Assembly (NCBI GenBank): GCA_963711305.1
Contig: CAVQDT010000007.1
Location: forward strand, 589,246 to 653,245
Origin: an uncultured Pseudomonadota bacterium
GTDB taxonomy: Bacteria; Myxococcota_A; Polyangia; Fen-1088
Direction of reading: 5' to 3'
Length of the DNA: 64,000 nt
Below, piece after piece: positions 43,547-55,414 of this stretch. How positions within the stretch are numbered: the stretch's first letter is position 1; the number at the start of each line of letters is the position of its first letter. The notes under the pieces were generated by a model. It did no database searches. It was given only the letters and a program-made list of their open reading frames with translations, and had not been told where the DNA came from. Made by a program: the position numbers and the translations under genes.

Positions 43547-44104
43547 TCAGCCAGCGCTCGAGGCGTCTTCCGCCTCTTCTGCTTCCTCGCGCTCGGCCTC
43601 GGCGTCCCGGCGCAGCTTGCGCTTGATCAGCTCGCGTTTGACCGGTCCGACCTGGTCGATGAGCAGGCGGCCATTCAGGTGATCCGTTTCGTGCTGCATC
43701 GCACGCGCGTAGAGCTCTTCGCCCTCCGCCTCGAACATATTGCCGTCCAGGTCCATCGCACGCACGCGCGCGCGCATGCCCCGCTTGACCGGCACGAAGA
43801 TGTTCGGGAACGACAGGCAGCCCTCGTCGCCGGTCTGCGACTCCTTGGAGATCTCGACGATCTCAGGGTTGATGAAGACCTTGGGCGGAGACTGCTCGGG
43901 GCCGCCGGCTACCTCACCGTCGACGATGAAGATCCGCAACGGAAAGCCGATCTGGATGGCCGCCAGCCCAGCGCCATTCTGCGCGTTCATCGAATCGGTC
44001 ATGTCCTCGACCACGCGCCGCACGTCGTCGTCGACGGCGTTCACGGGGGCGGAGCTCTGACGCAACCGCGAATCGGGAAATCGTACGATCGGCCGGACCG
44101 CCAT
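43547..44104 (-). CDS. def: Peptide deformylase
   Basis: ATG 44104 inside ORF 43547-44329. GAGLAAIQIG, EGCLSFP, HETDHLNG. Confidence 0.9.
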   Translation of the reverse strand: MAVRPIVRFPDSRLRQSSAPVNAVDDDVRRVVEDMTDSMNAQNGAGLAAIQIGFPLRIFIVDGEVAGGPEQSPPKVFINPEIVEISKESQTGDEGCLSFPNIFVPVKRGMRARVRAMDLDGNMFEAEGEELYARAMQHETDHLNGRLLIDQVGPVKRELIKRKLRRDAEAEREEAEEAEDASSAG

Positions 44105-44196
44105 TGTGGCGTCTAAGATGACATTCGCCCCTCGGTGAATCAAGCTAGAGAGGCTTGGTTTTGCTGTGCTTTCCCTCGGTTTGGATCGCCGTTCCG

Positions 44197-44225
44197 TTGA
44201 CTTTCTCGACGGCGGCTCGTAACTT
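44197..44225 (+). promoter_or_regulatory. Candidate sigma70-type promoter upstream of ribA
   Basis: TTGACT (44197-44202), 17-nt spacer, TAACTT (44220-44225). The -10 lies inside a 9-nt direct repeat, CGTAACTTG (44218-44226 and 44254-44262). Hexamer match only. Confidence 0.25.
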
Positions 44226-44291
44226 GCGGCCCAGCTTGAGCCGGCCCCTGCGGCGTAACTTGTCGGCACCCGGCCCCATCTAATCCTCGCG

Positions 44292-44937
44292 ATGAAGCTC
44301 ACCCGGTACGCAGAAGCTGATCTCCCCACGAGTCACGGACCGTTTCGCGTGTTCGTTTTCCGCGACGCCGACGCGCCGCCCGACGTGCCCGCCGAAGAGC
44401 ACATGGCGATCGTGCGCGGCGATCTCAACGGCGCGTCGAACGTCCTCTGCCGCGTGCACTCGGAGTGCTGGACCTCGGAGGTCCTCGGCTCGATGAAGTG
44501 CGACTGCCGCGACCAGCTCGACGCCGCGCTCGAGCGCATCGCGAGCGAGGGCACCGGCGTCGTCGTCTACCTTCGCCAGGAGGGACGCGGCATCGGGCTC
44601 GGCAACAAGATCCGCGCCTACGCGCTGCAGAACGGCGGCGCCGACACCGTCGAGGCAAACCTGGCGCTGGGCTTCGTCGCCGACGCGCGGACCTACGACC
44701 TGGCGGCGGCGATCCTGGCCGACCTGGGCGTGCGTTCGGTTCGGCTGCTGACCAACAACCCGCTCAAGGTGGCGGGGCTCAAAGCCGACAGGCGTGGTCG
44801 TCGCCGACCGCATCTCGCACTGGGTCGGCGAGAACCAGTACAACGCCGGGTATCTTGCGGTGAAACGTCGAAAGATGGGGCACCACCCGGACAATCCGGT
44901 CAAGCTTCGGGCGATCTCGTCCGCGCGCAAGGGCTGA
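44292..44937 (+). CDS. ribA: GTP cyclohydrolase II (one frame break near 44790)
   Basis: [41 protein letters not shown]. After the break: [30 protein letters not shown]...ARKG, stop at 44935-44937. Confidence 0.85.
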
Positions 44938-45075
44938 CCGCAGAGCTGATACGCGCGCGGGCCTCACGCCGTACAGAAGCAACGGAGCCCTGCCATCACA
45001 ACTGTCGACGAAATCCGCGCCGTACTCGATCAGGTTCAAGACCCCGCGCTCAAGGTCGGCTTCGTCACCGCCGGC

Positions 45076-46089
45076 ATGGTGAGCGCGGTCGCCCTCGAAG
45101 GCGGTCGCGCGGTCATCGACATCGAGCTGACCACGCCGGCCTGCCCGTCGAAGGACGTCATCACGTCGTCGATCCAGGCCGCGGTCGGCAAGCTGTCCGG
45201 CATCAGCGCCGTCGACGTGCGCTTCAAGGCCACGGTCGCGGGGCGACCCAACCACCCGTCGAACCCGCGGCTGCCCGGCGTGAAGAACATCATCGCGGTC
45301 GCCGCCGGCAAGGGCGGCGTCGGCAAGTCCACGGTCAGCACCAACCTGGCGGCGGCGCTGTCGCGCCTCGGCGCCAGCGTCGGCATCCTCGACGCCGACG
45401 TCTACGGCCCGTCGATCCCGCAGATGATGGGCCCACCCGAGGAGCCGGCCGGCACCGAGGCCGGCAACCGGATCGTCCCCGCGATCCACTACGACATGAA
45501 GGTGATCTCGATCGGCTTCTTCGTCGAGCGCGGCGGCGCGGTCATCTGGCGCGGGCCGATGGTGCACAAGCTGCTGCAGCAGTTCATCGAGGACGTCGAG
45601 TGGGGCGAGCTCGACTACCTGATCGTCGACCTGCCGCCCGGCACCGGCGACGCGCAGCTGTCGCTGTCGCAGCTGCTCCCGATCACGGGCGCGGTGATGG
45701 TGACGACGCCGCAGGAAGTGTCGGTCATCGACGTCGAGAAGGCGCTCGGTATGTGGAAGCGCGTCGAGGTACCGGTACTGGGCCTGATCGAGAACATGAG
45801 CGGCTTCGTCTGCCCGAGCTGCGGCCACCACGAGGAGATCTTCCTGCGCGGCGGCGGGCGCAAGCTGGCCGAGCGTGAGGGGATCCCCTTCCTCGGCGAG
45901 ATCCCGCTCGAGGTCGCGGTGAGCCGCGGCGGCGACGCCGGCATGCCGGTCACCCTGTCCGCCCCCGACTCCGCGATCGCCAAGAGCTTCCTCTCGATCG
46001 CCACCAACATCGCCTGCAAGCTCTCCGTCCGGAACATCCCCGAGCCGGGAAGTGGTAAGCGCAGCTCGAAGCTGGCCCTGATCCGCTAG
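45076..46089 (+). CDS. Mrp/ApbC-type Fe-S cluster carrier ATPase
   Basis: Intact [16 protein letters not shown] (deviant Walker A), [15 protein letters not shown]. The in-frame upstream sequence back to about 44995 ([27 protein letters not shown]) looks like the usual N-terminal domain but has no start codon there, so the true 5-prime end is unresolved. Confidence 0.85.
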   Translation: MVSAVALEGGRAVIDIELTTPACPSKDVITSSIQAAVGKLSGISAVDVRFKATVAGRPNHPSNPRLPGVKNIIAVAAGKGGVGKSTVSTNLAAALSRLGASVGILDADVYGPSIPQMMGPPEEPAGTEAGNRIVPAIHYDMKVISIGFFVERGGAVIWRGPMVHKLLQQFIEDVEWGELDYLIVDLPPGTGDAQLSLSQLLPITGAVMVTTPQEVSVIDVEKALGMWKRVEVPVLGLIENMSGFVCPSCGHHEEIFLRGGGRKLAEREGIPFLGEIPLEVAVSRGGDAGMPVTLSAPDSAIAKSFLSIATNIACKLSVRNIPEPGSGKRSSKLALIR

Positions 46090-46258
46090 CGCCGTTTCGC
46101 GCCGTCCCAACCTCCCCCATCTTCTGGTTCCGAATCTGATGTTCACCGGATTGCCACAGCCGGGGGACGTTGCACGTTTAGGGGGTGGCCTCGCGCTCCG
46201 AATCCGGCAGGTCCGGCGGGGCCGACCGCCGCGCTGGACCTTCGACATGGGGGTGGTC

Positions 46259-47140
46259 ATGAGCTTGCAATCGGATCGAGACAGCGGCGGCGATAGGGAG
46301 AACCCTCGGCTCTGGACGGTGTTGAGCCGCGGCCTGATCAAGGCGTCGTTCACCAAGATCAACCTGTTGCTGATCGGTGCCGCCGCCACCGGTGCGGCGC
46401 TCGCCGAATCCTGGTCGGTGCTGCTGTTCGCCACCGCTGGCTTCGTGATGCTGACGGCGATCAAGCTCGCCAACGGCCGCTTCTGGAACGGGATCCTCGC
46501 TGACGTGCGCAATCAACCAATCGCGCTGCCCGAGACGTCGAGCTTGCTCGAGGCGCAGGCGCGCAGCTGCATCGAGCGGATCGTGAACGCGCGCCAGGTC
46601 ATGCGCCAGGTCGTCGAGGACGTGCCCCCGTCGATCCGCGAACACTTCAGCGCGGCGATCGGGCACATCCCGCACCTCGAATCGCGCGCCGTCGCGCTGG
46701 CGACGCGGATCGAGGAGCTGTCGCGCTATCTGTCGAACATCAGCTACGAGGCGATCCGCCTGCAGATGCAGACGCTGGAGTCGCGGCGGCGCAACACCTC
46801 CGACAACGACAGCCTGGAGCAGTACTCCAGCGCCCACGCGGTGCGCGCGCAGCACCTGGCGGCGCTCGACGAGATCGGCGCCGCGCGCGAGCGCAGCTGC
46901 GCCGCGCTCGACCACGTCGTCGGCGTGCTGGAGCGGCTGCCGAGCCACATGATGATGATCCGCGCGCTGGAAGCCGAGGCCACTGACCGCGCGAGCGGCG
47001 ACAGCCTGGGCAGCGTGGCCTGGTTCGAGGACGAGCTCACGCGCATCGAGGAGGAGTGGCGCGACGTCGTCGACGGCAGCCGCGTCGTGAGCCTGATCGA
47101 CTCCGAGCCCGAGCTGGAGATCGAGATCCGCCCGCAGTGA
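46259..47140 (+). CDS. Hypothetical membrane-anchored coiled-coil protein
   Basis: ORF 46139-47140. I prefer the internal ATG 46259 (alternative 46247). Two TM segments (INLLLIGAAATGAALAE, WSVLLFATAGFVMLTAI), then a helical body. Confidence 0.6.
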   Translation: MSLQSDRDSGGDRENPRLWTVLSRGLIKASFTKINLLLIGAAATGAALAESWSVLLFATAGFVMLTAIKLANGRFWNGILADVRNQPIALPETSSLLEAQARSCIERIVNARQVMRQVVEDVPPSIREHFSAAIGHIPHLESRAVALATRIEELSRYLSNISYEAIRLQMQTLESRRRNTSDNDSLEQYSSAHAVRAQHLAALDEIGAARERSCAALDHVVGVLERLPSHMMMIRALEAEATDRASGDSLGSVAWFEDELTRIEEEWRDVVDGSRVVSLIDSEPELEIEIRPQ

Positions 47141-47144
47141 CAGA

Positions 47145-49230
<2,086 letters not shown>

Positions 49231-49447
49231 TCACCTCAACGGACGCTGAACATAGCGCGGCCCCGTCGCATTGACGCGCCTCTCCACAGGTGAGCGACCA
49301 CGGCCCGTTGGACGACACCTATTTCGAGTGGAACGACGCGAGCTGCCTCGACAACAACGACGGGCCGCCGCTGGCGGCGACGATGATGCTATCGTACCGC
49401 TGCTGCAAATGACGGCGGGCACGACCGCCGGCAATCCGTAGCCAACG

Positions 49448-50825
49448 ATGAGCACGACTCCTCCCGCCGCCAAACCGCTGCCGCCTCCCGCCCGGACGCA
49501 TCGGCTGGCCGTTGTTCGGTGAGACCCACCTCCTGCTGCGCGACGGCTTCGGCTTCGTCGACGAGCGCGCGCGGCGCTTCGGCCCGATCTTCCGCACGCG
49601 CATCCTCGGCCGCAAGACCGCGGTGATCACCGGCCCCGACGCGACCGCGCTGTTCATCGACAGCCGCAAGGTGCAGCGCGAGGGCGCGATGCCCAGCCAC
49701 ATCCAGACGCTGTTCGGCGGGCACGCGCTGCCGGTGCTCGACGGCGACACGCACCGCGAGCGCAAGCACTTCATCATGGCGGGCTTCACGCGCGAGGCGA
49801 TCGCCTGGTACGTGCCGACGCTGCACCGCCTGACCGCCGACTATTTCCTGCGCTGGTCGCGCGCCGAGGAGGTGCGCTGGGCGGACCAGATGGAAAAGCT
49901 CGCGCTCGAATCGATCGGCGAGACGCTGATGGGGATCCCGCCCGGGCCGCTCATGGACGAACTGCGCGGCCTGTACGCGATCTTCTTCCGCGGCTTCGCG
50001 GCGCTGCCGATCCCGCTGCCCGGCACGGCGTTCTCGCGCGCCAAGCGCGCCCTGCGCCGCATCCTGGCGATCCACCGCAAGAACGTCGACGCCCACCTGG
50101 CCGAGCCGCGCGGCGACGGCCTGTCGCGCATCCTGGCCGCGAAGTCGCCGCTGTCGGGCGGACCGCCCGCGCCCGAGGACATCGCGCGCGAGCTGCACCA
50201 CCTGGTGATCGCGGGCCTCATCGTGCGCGGCTGGTTCGCGACGCTGGTGCTGGAGCTGCAGAACAATCCCGCGATCCGCAAGCGCCTCACCGACGAGATC
50301 ATGAGCGCCGCGCCCGACGGCCCGCTCTCGCTCGAGCGCCTCGAGGCGATGCCCTACCTCGAACAGGTCGCCAGCGAGGTGCGCCGCCTGTCGCCGGTGG
50401 TGCACGTCTTCTTCGGCAAGGCGCGCGAGACGATCGAGTTCGCCGGCCACACCATCCCCGAGGGCTGGGCGGTCTTCTGGGGCATCCGGACTTCGCACCT
50501 CACCGCCGACGTCTATCCCGAGCCGCTGCGCTTCGATCCCGAGCGCTTCTCGGCGGCGCGCGCCGAGCATCAGCGCCACCCGTACGCGTTCGCGCCCAAC
50601 GGCGCCGGCGGACCGATGGGCCACAAGTGCGCCGGCTACGAGCTGGCGCCGCAGATGCTCAAGGTGTTCGCGGTCGAGCTGCTGCGCGGTTACAACTGGC
50701 AGCTCGCCGAGGGGCAAGACCTGACGCCGGCCTGGAATCAGGTGCCGCCGCTGCCCAAGGATGGGCTGCGCGTCCAGGTGACACCGCTCCCCGCAGAGCG
50801 GGCCAGAGCCGCCCGCAGTCCGTAA
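49448..50825 (+). CDS. Cytochrome P450 (one frame break at about 49490)
   Basis: ATG 49448 gives MSTTPPAAKPLPPP, then (after removing one base) PGRIGWPLFGETH, joining ORF 49512-50825. EVRRLSP (ExxR), haem loop FAPNGAGGPMGHKCAGYELA. Confidence 0.85.
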
Positions 50826-50956
50826 CACTCCGCAGGGGAACCCCGCATCGGGCCTGGGCCCTGGGTGGCGCCGCCCTTGCACAACTCCCCTGCGACAGCT
50901 CTGCAGGTGCGGAATGCGGAACCGATAAAGCACACTCTATCCCAGAGCGCTGGAGC

Positions 50957-51528
50957 GTGATCGCGCTCGCCTTGACGATGGCGGAGCCTGTTCTTGACGC
51001 TGGCGCGCCCCGCGCGCGCCGACGTGATCGCCGGCTTCGTGCAGGGACAGGGAGGCCTGTCGAGCACCGACACGACGACGTCGACGCGCACATCGTCGTT
51101 GTCGGCGAGCTCGGGGCTCGTGCCGGGCCTGGGATTCCAGGTCGGCGCGCGATTGCTCTTCGTCGAGGGCTACTACGACCGCACGGCGTTCGGCTCGGGC
51201 GCGTCGGTCCAGCGCGGCATCGTCGGCGTGCGCGGCAAGATCGGCCTGGGCGACTTCCGCCTGGTGCTGCGCGCGGGCGCCGGCATCCTGACCGAGCACG
51301 GCGGCGCGATCAGCGGCTCCGCGCAGGGCGGCGATCGGCGCGGCGCCGTGGGCCGCGTCGGGCGTGGCGCTGGAGAAGCGCCTCACGCGCGGCGAGCTCA
51401 TCGCCGGCATCGGTCTCGACGGCGAGGTCTTCAGCCTGGAGACGCCCTCCACGCCCAACGCCGCCGACACCACCTTCGGCGGCGACCTGTTCCTGTCGCT
51501 ACACCTCAGGTTCGAGCTGGGGATTTGA
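50957..51528 (+). CDS. Small secreted beta-strand-rich (OMP-like) protein (two to three frame breaks)
   Basis: GTG 50957 gives VIALALTMA..., then LARPARA/DVIAGFVQGQGG in ORF 50994-51692. The tail in a third frame reads GLDGEVFSLETPSTPNAADTTFGGDLFLSLHLRFELGI, stop at 51526-51528. Weakly supported. Confidence 0.4.
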
Positions 51529-51560
51529 CCGGAGGGTTTGGGACCCTCCCAGGGTGCCCG

Positions 51561-52203
51561 CTATTTAAATGTCGGACAGGAGACGCCGGTGCCGCCGATG
51601 CCGCAATAGCCGTCGGGGTTCTTCGCCAGGTACTGCTGGTGATAGTCCTCGGCGTAGTAGAGCTCGGGCGCGGGCGCGATCTCGCGTGGTGATGTCGCCG
51701 TAGCCAGCCTCGGCCAGCATGGCTTGATACGTGCCGCGCGAGATCTCGGCGGCGTGCGCCTGGGCCGGCGTGGTCGTGTAGATCGCCGAGCGGTACTGCG
51801 TGCCCGCGTCATTTCCCTGACGCATCCCCTGCGTCGGGTCGTGGTTCTCCCAGAAGACCTTGAGCAGATTGTCGTAGCTGATCTTCCCGGGATCGAAGAC
51901 CACGCGCACGACCTCGGTGTGGCCGGTCAGCCCCGAGCAGACCTCGCGATAGGTCGGGTTCGGCGTGAAGCCGCCGGCGTAGCCGACCGACGTCGAGTAC
52001 ACGCCCTCGAGCTTCCAGAACATCTTCTCCGCGCCCCAGAAGCAGCCCATCCCGAACAGCGCCAGCTCCATCCCCGACGGGAACGGCGGCTCGAGCGGCG
52101 TACCGAGCACGAAGTGCTTGGACGGCACCGCCATGCGCTCGGCGCGGCCCGGCAAGGCTTCCTTCTGCGTGGGCATCTTCAGCTTCAGGCTGTTCATCCA
52201 CAT
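51561..52203 (-). CDS. msrA: Peptide-methionine (S)-S-oxide reductase (one frame break near 51680)
   Basis: [45 protein letters not shown]. The tail in ORF 51561-51812 reads [17 protein letters not shown]. Confidence 0.85.
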
Positions 52204-52334
52204 GAAGCGATCTTGACCGGCATCGGGCGCCCTGACCAGTGCAAGTGGCACCAACAAGAGTGGCGACGACGCAGACCAGGCACGGGGCCGCCGGAACCAA
52301 CGCGCGAGACCTACCGGGCCAGAGGTGGCTATGG

Positions 52335-53550
52335 TTGACGCGGGTGCTGCTCCCGCGCCTTCGTACCGACCTCGATTTCATGGCCTCGCCGTTCCTGGAG
52401 CGGCCGGGTGTGCTCATTCGCGACCCGCATCGCTACACCGACGCGACGCTGATCGTGCCGCCGGTGCTGGTCGGCTGCCTCAGCTGCTTCGACGGGACCA
52501 AGGACGACATCGAGCTGCATCAGGTGCTGATGCGCGCGACCGGCCTCGCCGCCGTCGGCGACATCGCCGCCGATCTCGTGCGCAACCTGCACGAGGCGGG
52601 AATGCTCGACGACGCGGTCTACGCGCGACTGAAGGCGGACCGCCACCGCGCGTTCGCCGACGCGCCTCACCGCGCCGCCGTGCACGCGGGCGGCGGCTAC
52701 CCCGACGATCCCGCAGACGCTGCGCGAGATGCTCGGCGACTACCTGGCCGGCGGCGGCGCGCCGTCGCGCGAGCCGCTGATCGGCATCGCCGCGCCGCAC
52801 GTCAGCCCGGAGGGCGGCATCGGCTGCTACGGCACCGCCTACGCCGCGCTCGGCGCCGGGCTGCGCGATCGGACCTTCGTGATCCTCGGCACCTCGCACT
52901 ACGGCGAGCCCAACCGCTTCGGGCTCACGCGCAAGCCGTTCGCGACGCCGCTCGGCGAGGCGCAGACCGACGGCGCGCTGGTCGACGCGCTCGCGCAGCG
53001 CGCCGGCGACGGCGTCAAGATCGAGGACTACTGTCACGCGGTCGAGCACTCGATCGAGTTCCAGGTGCTGTTCCTGCAGCGGCTCTACGGCCCGCGCGTG
53101 CGCATCCTGCCGATCCTGTGCGGACCGCTGGGCAACGGCGCGCGCGACGCGCGGCCCGAGCGTCACGCGCCGGTCGCGCGGTTTCTGGGCGCGCTCGGCG
53201 AGATGGCGGCGCGCGAGCGCCCGCGCCTGTTCTGGGTGCTCGGCGTCGACATGGCGCACGTCGGCCGCCGCTACGGCGATCGCTACCCCGCGACCGCGCA
53301 CGAGGGGCCGCTCGAGGTGGTGACCGAGCGCGACCGCCGGCGCATCGATCGCATCGGCTCCGGTGACGCCGACGGTTTCTGGGACCTGGTGCACGAGAAC
53401 CAGCGCGACGATCTCAAGTGGTGCGGCTCGTCGCCGATCTACACCTTCCTGCGCGCCGTGCCCGAGGCGCGCGGCAAGATGCTGCGCTACGACCAGTGGA
53501 ACATCGACGAGGCGAGCGTGGTCAGCTTCGCGGCGCTGTCGTTCCGGTGA
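52335..53550 (+). CDS. Memo1 / AmmeMemoRadiSam system protein B family protein with about 120-aa N-terminal extension (one frame break near 52700)
   Basis: ORF 52729-53550: [54 protein letters not shown]. The N-terminal part lies in the frame of ORF 52239-53366 ([26 protein letters not shown]...). Start TTG 52335 or GTG 52344, after GAGGTGG. Confidence 0.75.
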
Positions 53551-53555
53551 GGGGG

Positions 53556-53710
53556 CGGACCCCTCTCCCTCACCCTCCCCCCGCAGACGGGGGGAGGGGA
53601 TCGGATCGGATCGGATCGGCGCGAAGCGGAGCGGAGGGGATCGGATCGGATCCGGTCCCCTCGCCCCGTCTGCGGGGAGGGTTAGGGAGAGGGCAGACCT
53701 TGCGAGCCGC
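53556..53710. repeat. Two-arm inverted copy (D) of the hairpin element, the most complete copy, with internal (GGATC)n
   Basis: Left arm cggacccctctccctcaccctccccccgcagacggggggagggga (53556-53600). Right arm tccggtcccctcgccccgtctgcggggagggttagggagagggcagaccttgcgagccgc (53651-53710). GGATC x4 at 53598-53617 and x3 at 53638-53652. Located between convergent stops at 53550 and 53725. Confidence 0.85.
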
Positions 53711-53724
53711 GTCGCCCGCCGGCC

Positions 53725-54252
53725 TCAGTGCCGCTTCTCGAGGTCAGCCCCAACCTGATCCGGCGCGCCTACTGTCGACGGCAAACCCGGTGTGCCCGCG
53801 TCGCCGAACAGCAGCGGGCCTTCGCCCACCGAGCGCTTGTGCGCGATCTCGGCGAGCGCGGTCCGCGCGCTGTCGGCCAGCGGCTTGCTCGGGTCGGTGC
53901 TCCAGCGCGTGAGCAGCACCTCGGCGGCGTCGCGGATCTCGGGCGTGACGTCGTAGACCGCCACGTGGCGCAGCACCCAGGCCGACTCCGGCTCGCCGAT
54001 CTTCTCGAGCGCCGTGATCAAGTGCAGGCGGCCGAACGGCGCCGCGGTGTGCATCGCCGTCTCGATCTGCGCGACCGCCTTGCGCCCGTAGCCCGCGAGC
54101 CGCTCGGTCGCCGGCGGCACCAGCGCGTCGTTGCGACGCGTGAGGATGTTGATCTCGTCACCGATGTCGGTGTGCGAGTGGTCGTCGCAGGACGTTGCGC
54201 CGACCAGCGCCATGAAAGCCATCGCGACCGCCGCGATCCGGATCCGCTTCAA
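53725..54252 (-). CDS. Lipoprotein with HEAT-like helical repeats
   Basis: TTG 54252 overlaps the stop of the upstream dus gene (TTGA). KRIRIAAVAMAFMALVGATSC is a lipobox; the body is helical. C-terminal part of ORF 53725-55173. Confidence 0.65.
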   Translation of the reverse strand: MKRIRIAAVAMAFMALVGATSCDDHSHTDIGDEINILTRRNDALVPPATERLAGYGRKAVAQIETAMHTAAPFGRLHLITALEKIGEPESAWVLRHVAVYDVTPEIRDAAEVLLTRWSTDPSKPLADSARTALAEIAHKRSVGEGPLLFGDAGTPGLPSTVGAPDQVGADLEKRH

Positions 54253-55345
54253 ACCGCGCCGTCCTCCAGCACGAGCGGCCCGCCACGGCGCCCGTTGCGT
54301 GCGATCGACTTGGTGATCGGATCGTCGGGCGGCGTTTCGATCACCGCGTCGGGCCGCGCCGCCGAAGCGTCGAGGCCGGCGAAGAACGCCTCGCCCAGGT
54401 CGAGCAGCGCCGCCGGATCGGGCGTGGTGAACGTGCGCTGGCGCAGGTGCGAGCCGCCGTACAGCCCGCGCGAGTACCAGGCCAGCGTCTTGCGCAGCTC
54501 GTGCACGCGCATCTTCTCCGGACTGTGCTCGCCGACGAGATCGGCGTGCCGCCGCCACACGCGACGCCGCTCGGCCAGCGACGGCGGGCCCGGATCCGGC
54601 TCGCCCTTTTCGAGCGCGACCAGCGTCTGGAACAGCCAGGGGTTGCCCATGGCGCCGCGGCCGATCATCACGCCGTCGCAACCGGTCTCGGCCTTCATGC
54701 GCTGGTAGGCGGCGACGTCCTTCACGTCGCCGTTGCCGATGACCGGCACCGACGACGGCAGCGCGGCGCGCACCTCGGCGATCGGCTCCATACGCGCCGA
54801 ACCCGAGAATCCCTGCGCGCGCGTGCGCCCGTGCACGGTGATCATCGCCGCGCCCTCGTCCACCAGCGCGCGCGCGAACTCGGCGGCGTTGAGCGAACAC
54901 TCGTCCCAGCCGGCGCGATGCTTGACGGTGACCGGGATCTGCGACGGAACCGCGGCGCGCACTGCCCTCACCAGCGACGCGGCCAGCGCCGGCTCGCGCA
55001 TCAGCGCCGAACCGCACGCGCCCGCGGTCACCTTCTTCGCCGGGCAGCCCATGTTGATGTCGACGATCGACGCGCCGACGTCGACCGCCATGCGCGCCGC
55101 GTTCGCCAGTGCCGGCGATCTCGCGCCCGAAGATCTGCACCGCGAACCGGCGGCCGCCGAGGCTGGGCCACATGCGACCCGACCGCCTTGGCGGCGCCGC
55201 GGGTCAGCGCCTCCGCCGACAGGAACTCGGTGAACGACAGCGCGGCGCCCAGCTCCTCGCACACCGTGCGGAAGGGCAGATCGGTGACCGCCTCCATCGG
55301 GGCGAGGAGGACGGCGGGCCAGAATTCCAGGGCGCCGACGCGCAT
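54249..55345 (-). CDS. tRNA-dihydrouridine synthase (about three frame breaks)
   Basis: MRVGALEFWPAVLLAPMEAVTDLPFR (ORF 55028-55345), VQIFG, then ORF 54249-55583: IVDINMGCPAKKV, AGACGSALM, PVTVKHRAGW, ITVHGRT, IGNGDV, DGVMIGRGA. Confidence 0.85.
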
Positions 55346-55414
55346 GCGGCCCGGAGGATACCAGAGCGCCGGCGCCCGTGGCGGCGGCGGCGGCGTGCAT
55401 TAGAATGCCGCGGC

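Noticed and set aside
44105-44291. FMN riboswitch expected upstream of ribA
   Set aside because: I could not find the conserved RFN core segments by eye. I left it as unrecognised rather than called. An Infernal scan would settle it.
46178-47140. Apparent 320-aa C-terminal extension of ligA (part of ORF 46178-48850)
   Set aside because: LigA homology ends at the BRCT domain near 47150. The extension is antisense to the hypothetical gene at 46259-47140 and is best explained by loss of the real stop through a frame error in the gcggcggcgg run at 47151-47160.
49389-50933. 514-aa minus-strand ORF
   Set aside because: It is antisense to the cytochrome P450 gene, which has its ExxR motif and haem-binding loop on the plus strand.
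53598-53652. (GGATC)n runs and the repeated hairpin arms as a possible CRISPR array
   Set aside because: There are no regularly spaced identical repeats with unique spacers. The arms are inverted rather than direct, copies are tens of kb apart, and no cas genes are present.
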